Assembly (NCBI GenBank): GCA_964497135.1
Contig: CAZCDO010000002.1
Span: 1-61,529 of the forward strand
Direction of reading: 5' to 3'
From: an uncultured Verrucomicrobiota bacterium
Lineage (GTDB): Bacteria; Verrucomicrobiota; Kiritimatiellia; CAIKKV01; CAIJXV01
Length of the DNA stretch: 61,529 nucleotides
Position numbers and translations under genes: made by a program. The notes below the pieces were generated by a model, which was not told where the DNA came from, made no database searches, and was given only the letters and a program-made list of their open reading frames with translations. Of the stretch, positions 33,486 to 42,324 are shown piece after piece. Numbering within the stretch: position 1 is the first letter of the stretch; each line of letters starts with the position of its first letter.

Positions 33486-36400
33486 TTACAGGGATTTGAG
33501 CCGTTCAGCCGCCAACTCGGCCCAGCGCGTTCCCTTGAATTGCTTCACCACTTCGCGATAGGCCTTTTGGGCCTCCTCCGCGGACCCCAGCGCCTGCTGA
33601 CATTTTCCGCTTTCGAACATCCCGGCGGCGACCCATTCACCATATTGCGGATACAGGGCCTGAATTCGTAAATACGCCACCAACGCCTGTCGGAAGTCTT
33701 CCTTCATCTGGAAAACCTGTCCTGAATAAAATTGCGCCCGAGCGGCAACTTCCGCCCGACTTCGCCGGGTTACTTCCTGAAAATCAATCAGTGCTTCGTC
33801 GTATTGCGCCAGATCATAATGGGCTTTGCCCTTAAGAAAAAAAGCGTCGGCGGCGGCCGCATGGTCTCCGTATCGGGCCGTCATGACGCCCAGTATTTTC
33901 AATGCCGCCTGAGGATCCCCGGTGCTCAACAACCCCTCCCCCAGCCCGACATAGGCTTCGGGAATGAAGGGAAACGCCGAGAACTTAGCCGTCTCGACCA
34001 GAGTCCGATACCGTTCCACCGCCTGGGTCGCCTGTCCCGAACGGGCATGGGACTGTCCGGACTGGAACAGGGCATCCGGCATGAGTTCACTGGCGGAAAA
34101 ATCCTTTGTCAATTGATCAAATTCCCGGGCGGCTTCCCCATATTTGCCGCCGAGCCAATAGGTCCATCCCATCCGGTAGCGAGCCTTATCGCCCAGGCGT
34201 TTAGCTTCCTTGGAGGACAGCACTTTCTCGTACTGTTCACGCGCCTCGGCCAAAGGCTTGGCGGGCACAACCCCGTCCTTCCCCCCGGCCACCGCCTCCG
34301 CATAGGCCGCTTCTCCGAGGTGGAAATTCGCATCGGCGGCAAGCGGGTCAGTTGGAAAACTTCGCACCAACGCGCGAAAGGCCTGAAGCGAAGCGGCAAC
34401 GTCCCCGGCCTCGCGCCAGGACCAGGCCTGTTCGTATTGCACCCGCGGCTGATCCTCGGCTTTGGCGTCCTGCTCCGCGGCCGCCCCAAAAGCCTGCGCC
34501 GCCTCCCGCCATTTTTTCTGCTCTTGAAGGCTATAACCCAGCGACACGCGGGCCGGGCGGGAAAGGTCATGTTTGGGATAGTTCTCCAGCAACTGGTTCA
34601 GCGACGCCGTGGCCTCTTCCCATCGCTTCAATTTCATCAGGGTACGGCCTTTGCGGTAAAGGGCCTGCGGCACCAGTTCCGATTTCGGGTGGTTTTTGAG
34701 TAACGCGTCATAAGACGCGAGTGCATCGGGCCACCGGCTTTGTTCATCCCGACAGACCCCCCGGCCTAAAAGGGCAAACGGGGCCAAATCCCCCGCGGGG
34801 ACAACCGCCAGGATTTTTTCATATTCGCCGATGGCTTTGTCGAACTGCCGGGCCTCCAGATACAATTCCGCCAACGAGTACCGCGCCTGGGAAGCCAGGT
34901 CACTGGATTTGAATTCCTTGAGAAATCGCTCGTAAGCATCCATCGCCCGGTCTTTTTTGCCGGTGGCCGTCTGGGCCGCGGCCAACCGGAGCCAGGCATC
35001 ATCCCCATAGCGACTCCGTTCCGCCGACTTGAGATACCGTTCCAAGGCATCGGCCGCTTCGGCTGGCCGCCCGGATTCCAGGAGGCAGACTCCGCGCAGA
35101 TAGAGGACTTCATCGACAATGGCTTTTCCGGCGGCGGGGGTTACCCCGTCCAACTCGGCCAACGCCGTTTTAAAGTCTCGAGCCTGACGATGTACCCAAG
35201 CCAGTCGGTAATGGGCCCGCGCCACGTTTTCGGGGGTGGCCTGAGGGTGTTTGATCAATTCGCGATATCGCGTTCCGGACCGGTCGAAGTCCTTGGCCAG
35301 AAAACGGTTTTCGCCGCTCAGAAAGAGAACTTGCGCGGCCAGCGGATCGGCCGCGTAACTCGCCAGAAATTCAGCGCAGAGACGATCCGACTCCGGATAT
35401 TGGTCGGCCCGGTGCAAGGCCACACACGCCGAATATAAAGCCCGGGGAGCCTGATCCGAACCCGCGGCCGATTGGGCGAAGGAACGGAAGGCCGCGGCGG
35501 CTTCTGGAAGTTTATCCTGGGCCAACAGGGCATCCCCCAGCCCCAGGCGCATCTCTTTCGCGCGTACGGAATTCGGAAAATCGAGCAGGCTTTGCGAAAA
35601 TTGCTTTTCCGCATCGGCATTCCGTCCCTGCTTCAAAAGGCACATCCCGAGCCAGTAAGCAGCTTCGTCGGCCTGTTCCTTTTTCGCTTCGGCTAAAGGG
35701 CGCAGGCGCGCGGCCGCTCCGGCATAATCGCCGGTTTCATAGAGAAAAGTCCCGGCATAGAGGGACGCCTGTGTCACCTTTTCACTTTTCGGGAAACGCC
35801 GGGTCAGGTCCGCAAACACGGTCGCCGCCTCGCCCAGTCGACCCGCCTTGTATAAGGCCAACCCGCGCTCAAAAGCCGCGCCTTCGGCGAATTCACCCGT
35901 GGGGGCCACCGCCGCATAGGCTTCCGCCGCCTCCGCATAGACCTTTTCCTGATACAGGGATTGGGCCAGCCGGAACTGCGCCTCATCTTTCAAGGTACTC
36001 TGCCGATGGCGCTCGAGAAAACGCCGGAAGGAAACGCGCGCGTCGGCATAGCGCTCCCGATTGAATTGGGCAATGGCGTAATAGAACTCGCTCCGCTCCA
36101 CCAGACTTAAAAAGGCGTCCTGCGCCTTGACCCCGGCCTCATCCAACCGGCGAAACATCGCGCGCGTCGCCTCGCTCTCTTCCGCTTTTTTTTCGCCCGG
36201 CGCGTACTTTTCCAGAAACCCCTTCAACAATTCCTCCGCCTCGGGGAACCGCCCCAGGCTGATATGACAGGCCGCCTGGCGGGCGACCGACCAGTCGGCC
36301 AGATAATGCGACCCGAACCGGGCGCGAACCTCGCCAAACAGGGGCTCCGCCCGGCCCAACTGATCGAGCGCAACGCGGCATTGCGCCAACTGGAATAGCG

Positions 36401-36758
36401 CCTCGACGGTTTGCGAAAAACTGCCATGTCGATTCCGAAGAATTTCATATTCTTCGGCCGCTTCCTTGAACTGATCCTGATAGAAAAACGATTGCGCCAG
36501 ACCGAATCGCGCATCGGCCGCTTTTTCGTGATCCGGATACGCACGCAGGAAACCCTGGTAGGAATCCTTGGCCAACGGATATTTACCCTGATTGTAGAGC
36601 CAGGCCGCAAAATTGTAATCGTCAATCGCCTTGTCAGTGGCCGGCTTTTGCGCCCACACCGGCATCGCGAGCAATAATAGAATCAGCACGGATGCGAACA
36701 TCTTTGTACAGGATGAACTGAGAGTCACGGGGCGGCCTCCTTTGCCATTCGTTTTCAT
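33486..36758 (-). CDS. Giant secreted TPR protein built from many CpoB/YbgF-like TPR units
   Basis: The ATG at 36756-36758 is one possible start; the alternative ATG at 36699-36701 (MFASVLILLLLAMPVWAQ) looks more like a signal peptide. The YbgF-like pattern (A.Y..A......Y..A...F..FL..YP.S..A..A.Y.LG) recurs along the whole length, for example near the C-terminus: DEALIDFQEV...YPQYGEWVAAGMFESGKC. Confidence 0.85.
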   Translation of the reverse strand: MKTNGKGGRPVTLSSSCTKMFASVLILLLLAMPVWAQKPATDKAIDDYNFAAWLYNQGKYPLAKDSYQGFLRAYPDHEKAADARFGLAQSFFYQDQFKEAAEEYEILRNRHGSFSQTVEALFQLAQCRVALDQLGRAEPLFGEVRARFGSHYLADWSVARQAACHISLGRFPEAEELLKGFLEKYAPGEKKAEESEATRAMFRRLDEAGVKAQDAFLSLVERSEFYYAIAQFNRERYADARVSFRRFLERHRQSTLKDEAQFRLAQSLYQEKVYAEAAEAYAAVAPTGEFAEGAAFERGLALYKAGRLGEAATVFADLTRRFPKSEKVTQASLYAGTFLYETGDYAGAAARLRPLAEAKKEQADEAAYWLGMCLLKQGRNADAEKQFSQSLLDFPNSVRAKEMRLGLGDALLAQDKLPEAAAAFRSFAQSAAGSDQAPRALYSACVALHRADQYPESDRLCAEFLASYAADPLAAQVLFLSGENRFLAKDFDRSGTRYRELIKHPQATPENVARAHYRLAWVHRQARDFKTALAELDGVTPAAGKAIVDEVLYLRGVCLLESGRPAEAADALERYLKSAERSRYGDDAWLRLAAAQTATGKKDRAMDAYERFLKEFKSSDLASQARYSLAELYLEARQFDKAIGEYEKILAVVPAGDLAPFALLGRGVCRDEQSRWPDALASYDALLKNHPKSELVPQALYRKGRTLMKLKRWEEATASLNQLLENYPKHDLSRPARVSLGYSLQEQKKWREAAQAFGAAAEQDAKAEDQPRVQYEQAWSWREAGDVAASLQAFRALVRSFPTDPLAADANFHLGEAAYAEAVAGGKDGVVPAKPLAEAREQYEKVLSSKEAKRLGDKARYRMGWTYWLGGKYGEAAREFDQLTKDFSASELMPDALFQSGQSHARSGQATQAVERYRTLVETAKFSAFPFIPEAYVGLGEGLLSTGDPQAALKILGVMTARYGDHAAAADAFFLKGKAHYDLAQYDEALIDFQEVTRRSRAEVAARAQFYSGQVFQMKEDFRQALVAYLRIQALYPQYGEWVAAGMFESGKCQQALGSAEEAQKAYREVVKQFKGTRWAELAAERLKSL

Positions 36759-36909
36759 TCGTATCGGATCCAGGGGGAATCCGAAAGAACAAGAATAATA
36801 CGCCGGTTTGAATGCCATGACAATCGCCAAGTGCGGTAATTTCCCATTGTGTTCTGGATGGGGCGTGATAAATTGGCGACCTTCAAGTCGGATTCACGGG
36901 AGAACACGT

Positions 36910-38151
36910 ATGAAAAGTTTATTTGACCGGGGCGGGTTGCTGGCAGTGGGACTCGGCGTGCTGTTGACGAGTGGCGGTCAGGCCCAGACGAATGAGAATG
37001 AAACCTTCTGGAACCAAGCGTATCTGTCCGTCGGCGGAGGTCTGTTGGATTTCGAACGGGATGAAGCAGTTGAAAGCGCCGGCTTGATCGCCATTCGTCT
37101 CGGGTACGAACTCTCCGAATCCTGGTCCACTGAAATCGGCCTCGATCTCCTGCCGCGCCTGCCTCAAAGCATGCGAACCGAATGGGATACGGGACAACAT
37201 ATTTCACGCCTCAAAGAGCAGGCCGGAGTGGATGAAACCTCCGCGATCCGGCTGGGGGTTGAGGCTTTATGGCATATCGCGCGCCGGTCAACACTGGATC
37301 CCTACCTCGTCCTGGGCGCCGGCGGCATCTGGTATGACGACACCTTTGACCAGGAATTTGAAGGGTTTGGCCAGACCGGAGCGGGCTGTTTTTACCACTT
37401 CAATGAAAACTGGGCCTTGCGCGCAGATGCGCGGGCCATCCTGGCGGGAAATGATACGGAATTCAACTCCACTTATACCCTGGGTCTGGTGTTTTGGCCC
37501 GCTTCCCGCTCGGTTGAAACTCGCGCCGATACCCGCCCCGGGACCACCATGGCCCCCGCCACACCCCTAGTGCAAGACGCCGATAACGACGGTCTTACGG
37601 ATGCCGAAGAGAAACAATACGCCACCGACCCGATGCGTGCGGATTCCGATTGGGACGCTCTGTCCGATGGCGATGAAATTCATAAACACAAAACGGATCC
37701 CCTGAAACGGGACACCGATGGCGGCGGCGTGTACGATGGCCACGAAGTGATCGAGGATAAGACCGGCCCGTCTCAACCGGCTGATGACTTGCAATTCTTC
37801 GAATTGCGCCTGATGTTCGATCCCAACGATTCGACAATCAAATCCGAATATTTTTCAGAAATCGGCGTCATTGGGAAAATCCTGCGCGACGACCCCGGCG
37901 CCACGGCGCGCATTGAGGGTCATCTCGACTCACATAGCTATCCATCGGTACGGCGGGCACAAACCCTTTCCGAGCGTCGCGCGCAGGCCATCCAGGACGC
38001 GCTGGTCGCTGATTGGAAAATCACCCGCAATCGCTTGACCACCGCCGGTTATGGCGCCACCCGACCCAAGGGGCCCAGCCAGCCCGAAAAGGGCACTGCC
38101 GAAAACGAGCGGATCGAAATTTATATCCGCCGCACGACGGCCTGGCGTTAA
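36910..38151 (+). CDS. OmpA-family outer-membrane protein: beta-barrel, thrombospondin type-3 repeats and an OmpA_C peptidoglycan-binding domain
   Basis: Internal ATG at 36910 gives a signal peptide (MKSLFDRGGLLAVGLGVLLTSGGQAQT). TSP3 repeats read DADNDGLTDAEE, DSDWDALSDGDE and DTDGGGVYDGHE. The OmpA_C end reads IEGHLDSHS...LSERRAQAI...AGYGATRP...NERIEIYI. Confidence 0.85.
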   Translation: MKSLFDRGGLLAVGLGVLLTSGGQAQTNENETFWNQAYLSVGGGLLDFERDEAVESAGLIAIRLGYELSESWSTEIGLDLLPRLPQSMRTEWDTGQHISRLKEQAGVDETSAIRLGVEALWHIARRSTLDPYLVLGAGGIWYDDTFDQEFEGFGQTGAGCFYHFNENWALRADARAILAGNDTEFNSTYTLGLVFWPASRSVETRADTRPGTTMAPATPLVQDADNDGLTDAEEKQYATDPMRADSDWDALSDGDEIHKHKTDPLKRDTDGGGVYDGHEVIEDKTGPSQPADDLQFFELRLMFDPNDSTIKSEYFSEIGVIGKILRDDPGATARIEGHLDSHSYPSVRRAQTLSERRAQAIQDALVADWKITRNRLTTAGYGATRPKGPSQPEKGTAENERIEIYIRRTTAWR

Positions 38152-38161
38152 GGCGGCCGGG

Positions 38162-38530
38162 TTAGGGCTTGATCAGGCTGTCCAGATTGGCAAACGGATT
38201 GACGATGGTCGACCGCTCGCGAGGATCGACCGCCGTACTTCCGCCGGCGCCCCCCCGGTCATGGGCGGCGGCATGTTCATCATCGTGGCAATAGAGACAC
38301 AGGAGTTCCCAATTGCTCCCATCGGGCGGGTTGTTCTTGAAGTTTTGATCCTTATGGTGAACCGTTAATTCGCGCAACCGCTTGCCATCGAAGGTCCGGG
38401 CACACCGCGCGCAAACATGGGGTAACAGTTTGAGCGCCCGATCGCGATAGTTCCGTTCGCGCAGGTCGATGTCTTTCTTTAAATCCGCACGAATTTGGGC
38501 TTGTTGAGCGGGGGTCATCGGAGTGCTCAT
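38162..38530 (-). CDS. yajD: YajD-like HNH endonuclease-family protein
   Basis: Internal ATG at 38528-38530 is preceded by GGAGG. LRELTVHHKDQNFKNNPPDGSNWELLCLYCHDDEH closely parallels E. coli YajD as I recall it. Confidence 0.85.
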   Translation of the reverse strand: MSTPMTPAQQAQIRADLKKDIDLRERNYRDRALKLLPHVCARCARTFDGKRLRELTVHHKDQNFKNNPPDGSNWELLCLYCHDDEHAAAHDRGGAGGSTAVDPRERSTIVNPFANLDSLIKP

Positions 38531-38546
38531 GCGGTTCCTCCCTCTG

Positions 38547-39596
38547 TCATCGGATCGGGACCGACTTCCCGGCGGTGGCACTGGCGTAAATCGAATCCAG
38601 CATTTTCTGCACGACCCAGCCGTCCTCGCCGGGTGCATCGCAAGCGATGCCGTCCGTAATGCAATCCACGAAATGCTGGAGTTTATACTGGAAGGCGTCC
38701 CCTTCCCCCAGATAGGCGGGCGTATTATTGAACATGTAGCCCATATCATCCTTGAAAATCGTCGGCGGATCCAACAGCGCACCGCCTTTTTCACCCATGA
38801 TCTGGACATTCCAGACATCCTTCTCAATATGCGCGGCAAAGCTGGACTCGATCGTCAGGCTGGTGCCCGTATCGAACCGCAGAAAACCCACCGCCAGATC
38901 TTCCACCGTATAGGTCTTGTGGTCCCACGCGCCCCACGAACATTTGGCGGCCGGTTTTTGATTGCCGAGATAGGTGTAACACGATCCGTCGGCCGCGATC
39001 GGTTTAGGACGGCCGATCACATAATGGGCCATTTCCAAAATATGGACGCCAATGTCGATCATCGGGCCGCCGCCTTGAATCTCCTTGCGTCCAAACACGC
39101 CCCACGAAGGAATCCCCCGCCGGCGCAACGCCTGACAGCGGACATAGAGAATTTTGCCGAGATCGCCCCGGACAATCGCCTGCCGCATGAATTGCGCGGC
39201 CGGGGTGAAGCGCCACTGGAATCCGATCATCAACAAGCGTTTGGCTTTACGGGCCGCCGCGCACATGGCCGCGGCATCCCGGGCATTCATCGCCATCGGC
39301 TTTTCGACAATCACCGGACGACCGCTCGCCAAGGCATCCAGGGTCGGCTGGTAGTGTAATTTATTGGGAGTGCACACGGCGACCGCATCAATATCTTTGC
39401 GCTTGAGCAAATCCCGGTAATCGGGATAACAGGTGATCGAAGGCTCCAGTTTCTGGGCTTCCTCCAACGCTTGGGGATGAACATCGGCCGCCGCCAACAC
39501 CCGGGCGCCTTTGACTTTTTTGAAAATATTGATGTAATGCCGACCAATGCCACCCGACCCGATAATCCCGATTCCCAGCGTATCGCTCTTCTTCAT
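38547..39596 (-). CDS. Gfo/Idh/MocA-family oxidoreductase
   Basis: Internal ATG at 39594-39596 is preceded by GGAGG. It has a GIGIIGSGGIGRHY Rossmann motif and an EKPMA motif. Confidence 0.9.
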   Translation of the reverse strand: MKKSDTLGIGIIGSGGIGRHYINIFKKVKGARVLAAADVHPQALEEAQKLEPSITCYPDYRDLLKRKDIDAVAVCTPNKLHYQPTLDALASGRPVIVEKPMAMNARDAAAMCAAARKAKRLLMIGFQWRFTPAAQFMRQAIVRGDLGKILYVRCQALRRRGIPSWGVFGRKEIQGGGPMIDIGVHILEMAHYVIGRPKPIAADGSCYTYLGNQKPAAKCSWGAWDHKTYTVEDLAVGFLRFDTGTSLTIESSFAAHIEKDVWNVQIMGEKGGALLDPPTIFKDDMGYMFNNTPAYLGEGDAFQYKLQHFVDCITDGIACDAPGEDGWVVQKMLDSIYASATAGKSVPIR

Positions 39597-40125
39597 GAAA
39601 TCCTCCTGAAGTCCAACTATCTCACTGCACGGCACCAACCCCGCTTTGAGTCGTCAACGGCATCGGCTGAAAATACAGTCTACGCCAGTCCCCTGCAAGC
39701 CGATTGTTTGCAGGTGAACCCGTTCCCCTCAGCCGTGAGGGGACGCCCGGCTTTACTCCGAAGTAGAGCCAGATCTCCGAAGGTGTGAAAAAATGATGTA
39801 GCACCGTTCTATGAACGGTTTCCTGTGTCGAATTGTTAAGAAATTCAGGCGCTCATAGAGCCCCGAAAATCACGATTATACCAGGCGCTGATCATACCCA
39901 CCGCACAGCCATTCGAAGCGGTGATCAGAAAACAACGCCGGTTTCAGAATGAGATGAAGCTCGAGAGTCCTCGTCGGTCCCGCGGCTGTCATCTATAACT
40001 CGATCCGAACAGTGGGACAAGTTGTTTTTTGGGGCTTTGTTTTCAATTCTTGTACTACCTCCTGTTTTTTGGCAGTTTATGAATTTAGGCGTTTTGATCG
40101 ATTGCACTCAAACAAGGAACCCCGC

Positions 40126-41205
40126 ATGACAACCCGTAGAATCGAAGATATCGACAAAAAATTCGTCGCCCAAAAGGTGGGAGACCGTGAACTTCTTTTC
40201 ACGGATATCGCCCATAAACCGTTCGCGCTATCCGGTCTGGGCTGGTTCGACAAAGAAAAAAAATACTGCCGGTTGCCAGAATCGCGCCTGCCCGAAACCA
40301 ATGAAGGCGTCCGGTTTCTGGCTTGGAACACCGCCGGCGCCATGGTCCGATTCCGCTCCAATTCGAAAACGTTGGCCTTGCGGTATGAATTAAACACCAG
40401 CGATGACATGTCCCATATGCCGCGAACCGGCATCAGCGGCTTTGACCTCTACCGGGGCGTCGGCACGGAAAAGAAATTTGCCGGGGTCAGTGTCCCTCCC
40501 CCCCGCCAAACTCAGATCGAGGCGGTGTGGGTTGCCTGCGGGTCCGGGCAGACCGAAGAATGGACCTTGAATTTTCCGCTCTATAACGGCGTAAAAACCG
40601 TGGCCATTGGCTTCGATCCCGGCAGTACTCTCGACGCCCCCACCCCGTTTACCTTTTCCAAACCCATCGCATTTTATGGGTCATCGATCACCCAGGGGGG
40701 ATGTGCAAGCCGGCCGGGCAATGCCTATACCCATTTGATTTGCCGATGGCTGGATGCCAACCTTCTAAATTTCGGTTTCAGCGGCAGTGCCCGGGCCGAA
40801 CCCATCATGGCGGAACTGATGATGTCTTTGGACCTGAGCGCGTTTGTTCTGGACTACGATCACAACGCGCCGTCCGCCGATTATCTCGAACAGACCCACG
40901 AACCGTTTTACAAACTCCTGCGCCAGGCGAAGCCGGAACTGCCCATCGTGATGGTCGGACGCCCCGACTATAACCCCGAAAACGCCGATGCCCGCCGCCG
41001 GCAAGCCATCATCCGCCGAACTTTCGAAAACGCGGTTGCCGCCGGAGACCGGCGCGTTTTCCACCTCAACAACGAACTCCTCTTTAGCCCCCAAAACCGC
41101 GACGCCTGCACCGTGGATGGCTGTCATCCCAATGACCTGGGCTTTATGCGCATGGCCGAAGCCATCCACCCCGTCGTCCGCCAGGCGCTACAAAACAATC
41201 GATAA
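40126..41205 (+). CDS. SGNH/GDSL-type hydrolase with an N-terminal beta-sandwich domain
   Basis: Internal ATG at 40126. FYGSSITQGG is block I (catalytic Ser) and DGCHPND is block V (Asp-x-x-His). Confidence 0.8.
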   Translation: MTTRRIEDIDKKFVAQKVGDRELLFTDIAHKPFALSGLGWFDKEKKYCRLPESRLPETNEGVRFLAWNTAGAMVRFRSNSKTLALRYELNTSDDMSHMPRTGISGFDLYRGVGTEKKFAGVSVPPPRQTQIEAVWVACGSGQTEEWTLNFPLYNGVKTVAIGFDPGSTLDAPTPFTFSKPIAFYGSSITQGGCASRPGNAYTHLICRWLDANLLNFGFSGSARAEPIMAELMMSLDLSAFVLDYDHNAPSADYLEQTHEPFYKLLRQAKPELPIVMVGRPDYNPENADARRRQAIIRRTFENAVAAGDRRVFHLNNELLFSPQNRDACTVDGCHPNDLGFMRMAEAIHPVVRQALQNNR

Positions 41206-41224
41206 GACCCGCTCACTATCATCA

Positions 41225-42196
41225 TCATTCGTATGCCTTCCACAGGTATTGCACCGCCACAAGCCCTGCGATCGACACCACCATCCACAGCAGAACGCCT
41301 TGGATCATCGGACGTATCCCGACCGACTTGAGTGCGTTTCGCGACAAGCCGGCCCCGATCAGAAACAAGGTCAACGTCAGACCCAACTTCGCACCCTGGT
41401 TGATGCTTTCGTAAGCGACCTCACCCTGGGGCCAAAGGGTGCGGATGCCTGCGGCGAATAGAAATGCGAAGATGAACCACGGTAGCTTAATTTTCGCCGG
41501 ACTCCGATGTTTCCGTAATGCCAATCCCAGCGCGATGGGGACGATCCAGAGTGCCCGGGCCAATTTTACCGGGGTGGCAATATTCAGCGCCTCCCCACCA
41601 TACTTGGCCGCAGCTCCGACGACGGAACTGGTATCGTGAATTGCGATCGCCGACCAAAGTCCAAAATGGGACGGGTCCATCCCGAGAAGATGACCCAGGG
41701 GAGGGAAAATGAACAAAGCCACGGCGTTGAGCACGAAAACGGTGCAAAGGGACACCGACATGGCCGCGGCATCGGCTTCGAGTACCGCACCAACCGCAGC
41801 AATTGCACTGCCCCCGCAAATCGAAGTGCCGACCGATATCAGGGTTGCGGTTTGGGATTCCACCCGCAGGCAACGACCCAGCCAGTACCCGATGAGGAGC
41901 GTGCCCCAGATACTGATGACCGTGAACCCAAACCCGGTCTTGCCGGCTGCCCATACAGCCGGCAAATTCATGCCGAAACCAAGACCGACCACCGACCCCT
42001 GAAGAAGAATCTTCGAGACTTTGAGGCTGAGATCTGGCATCGGATTGCCAAGCGTCAAGGCAAACGCAAGTCCAATAGCCAGCGCGATGGGTGCCGAAAT
42101 CCAACCGGTCAGAGTCGTCATCGCCAAGCCTAAAAAGGCGATGAGGATGACGGTTTGTGAACCGCCTGGATTCGAACTTGAATTCTCAGCAGTCAT
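41225..42196 (-). CDS. YeiH/UPF0324-family putative sulfate-exporter-type membrane protein
   Basis: I prefer the ATG at 42194-42196 over the TTG at 42217. It is a polytopic membrane protein with SKILLQGSVVGLGFGMNL and the GGSAIAAV pattern of UPF0324. Confidence 0.85.
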   Translation of the reverse strand: MTAENSSSNPGGSQTVILIAFLGLAMTTLTGWISAPIALAIGLAFALTLGNPMPDLSLKVSKILLQGSVVGLGFGMNLPAVWAAGKTGFGFTVISIWGTLLIGYWLGRCLRVESQTATLISVGTSICGGSAIAAVGAVLEADAAAMSVSLCTVFVLNAVALFIFPPLGHLLGMDPSHFGLWSAIAIHDTSSVVGAAAKYGGEALNIATPVKLARALWIVPIALGLALRKHRSPAKIKLPWFIFAFLFAAGIRTLWPQGEVAYESINQGAKLGLTLTLFLIGAGLSRNALKSVGIRPMIQGVLLWMVVSIAGLVAVQYLWKAYE

Positions 42197-42274
42197 CGAT
42201 CCCTTTTTTGCATCCAACGCGGTATGAACGGAGCCGGGAAAGCCCGGACCACTCCGGCAATTACCCCCATTGAG

Positions 42275-42319
42275 CCGGGAATACTGAAACTTTATCCCTA
42301 CCCCGTCAACCCTCCATTT
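42275..42319 (-). promoter_or_regulatory. Conserved 45-nt upstream motif, copy A (promoter-like; contains TTGACG on the minus strand)
   Basis: 38 of 45 positions are identical to 53764-53808. The minus-strand reading is gggTTGACGggg...GGATAAAGTTTCA.TATTCC. The TTGACG lies about 108 nt upstream of the yeiH-like ATG. Confidence 0.35.
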
Positions 42320-42324
42320 GTAAG

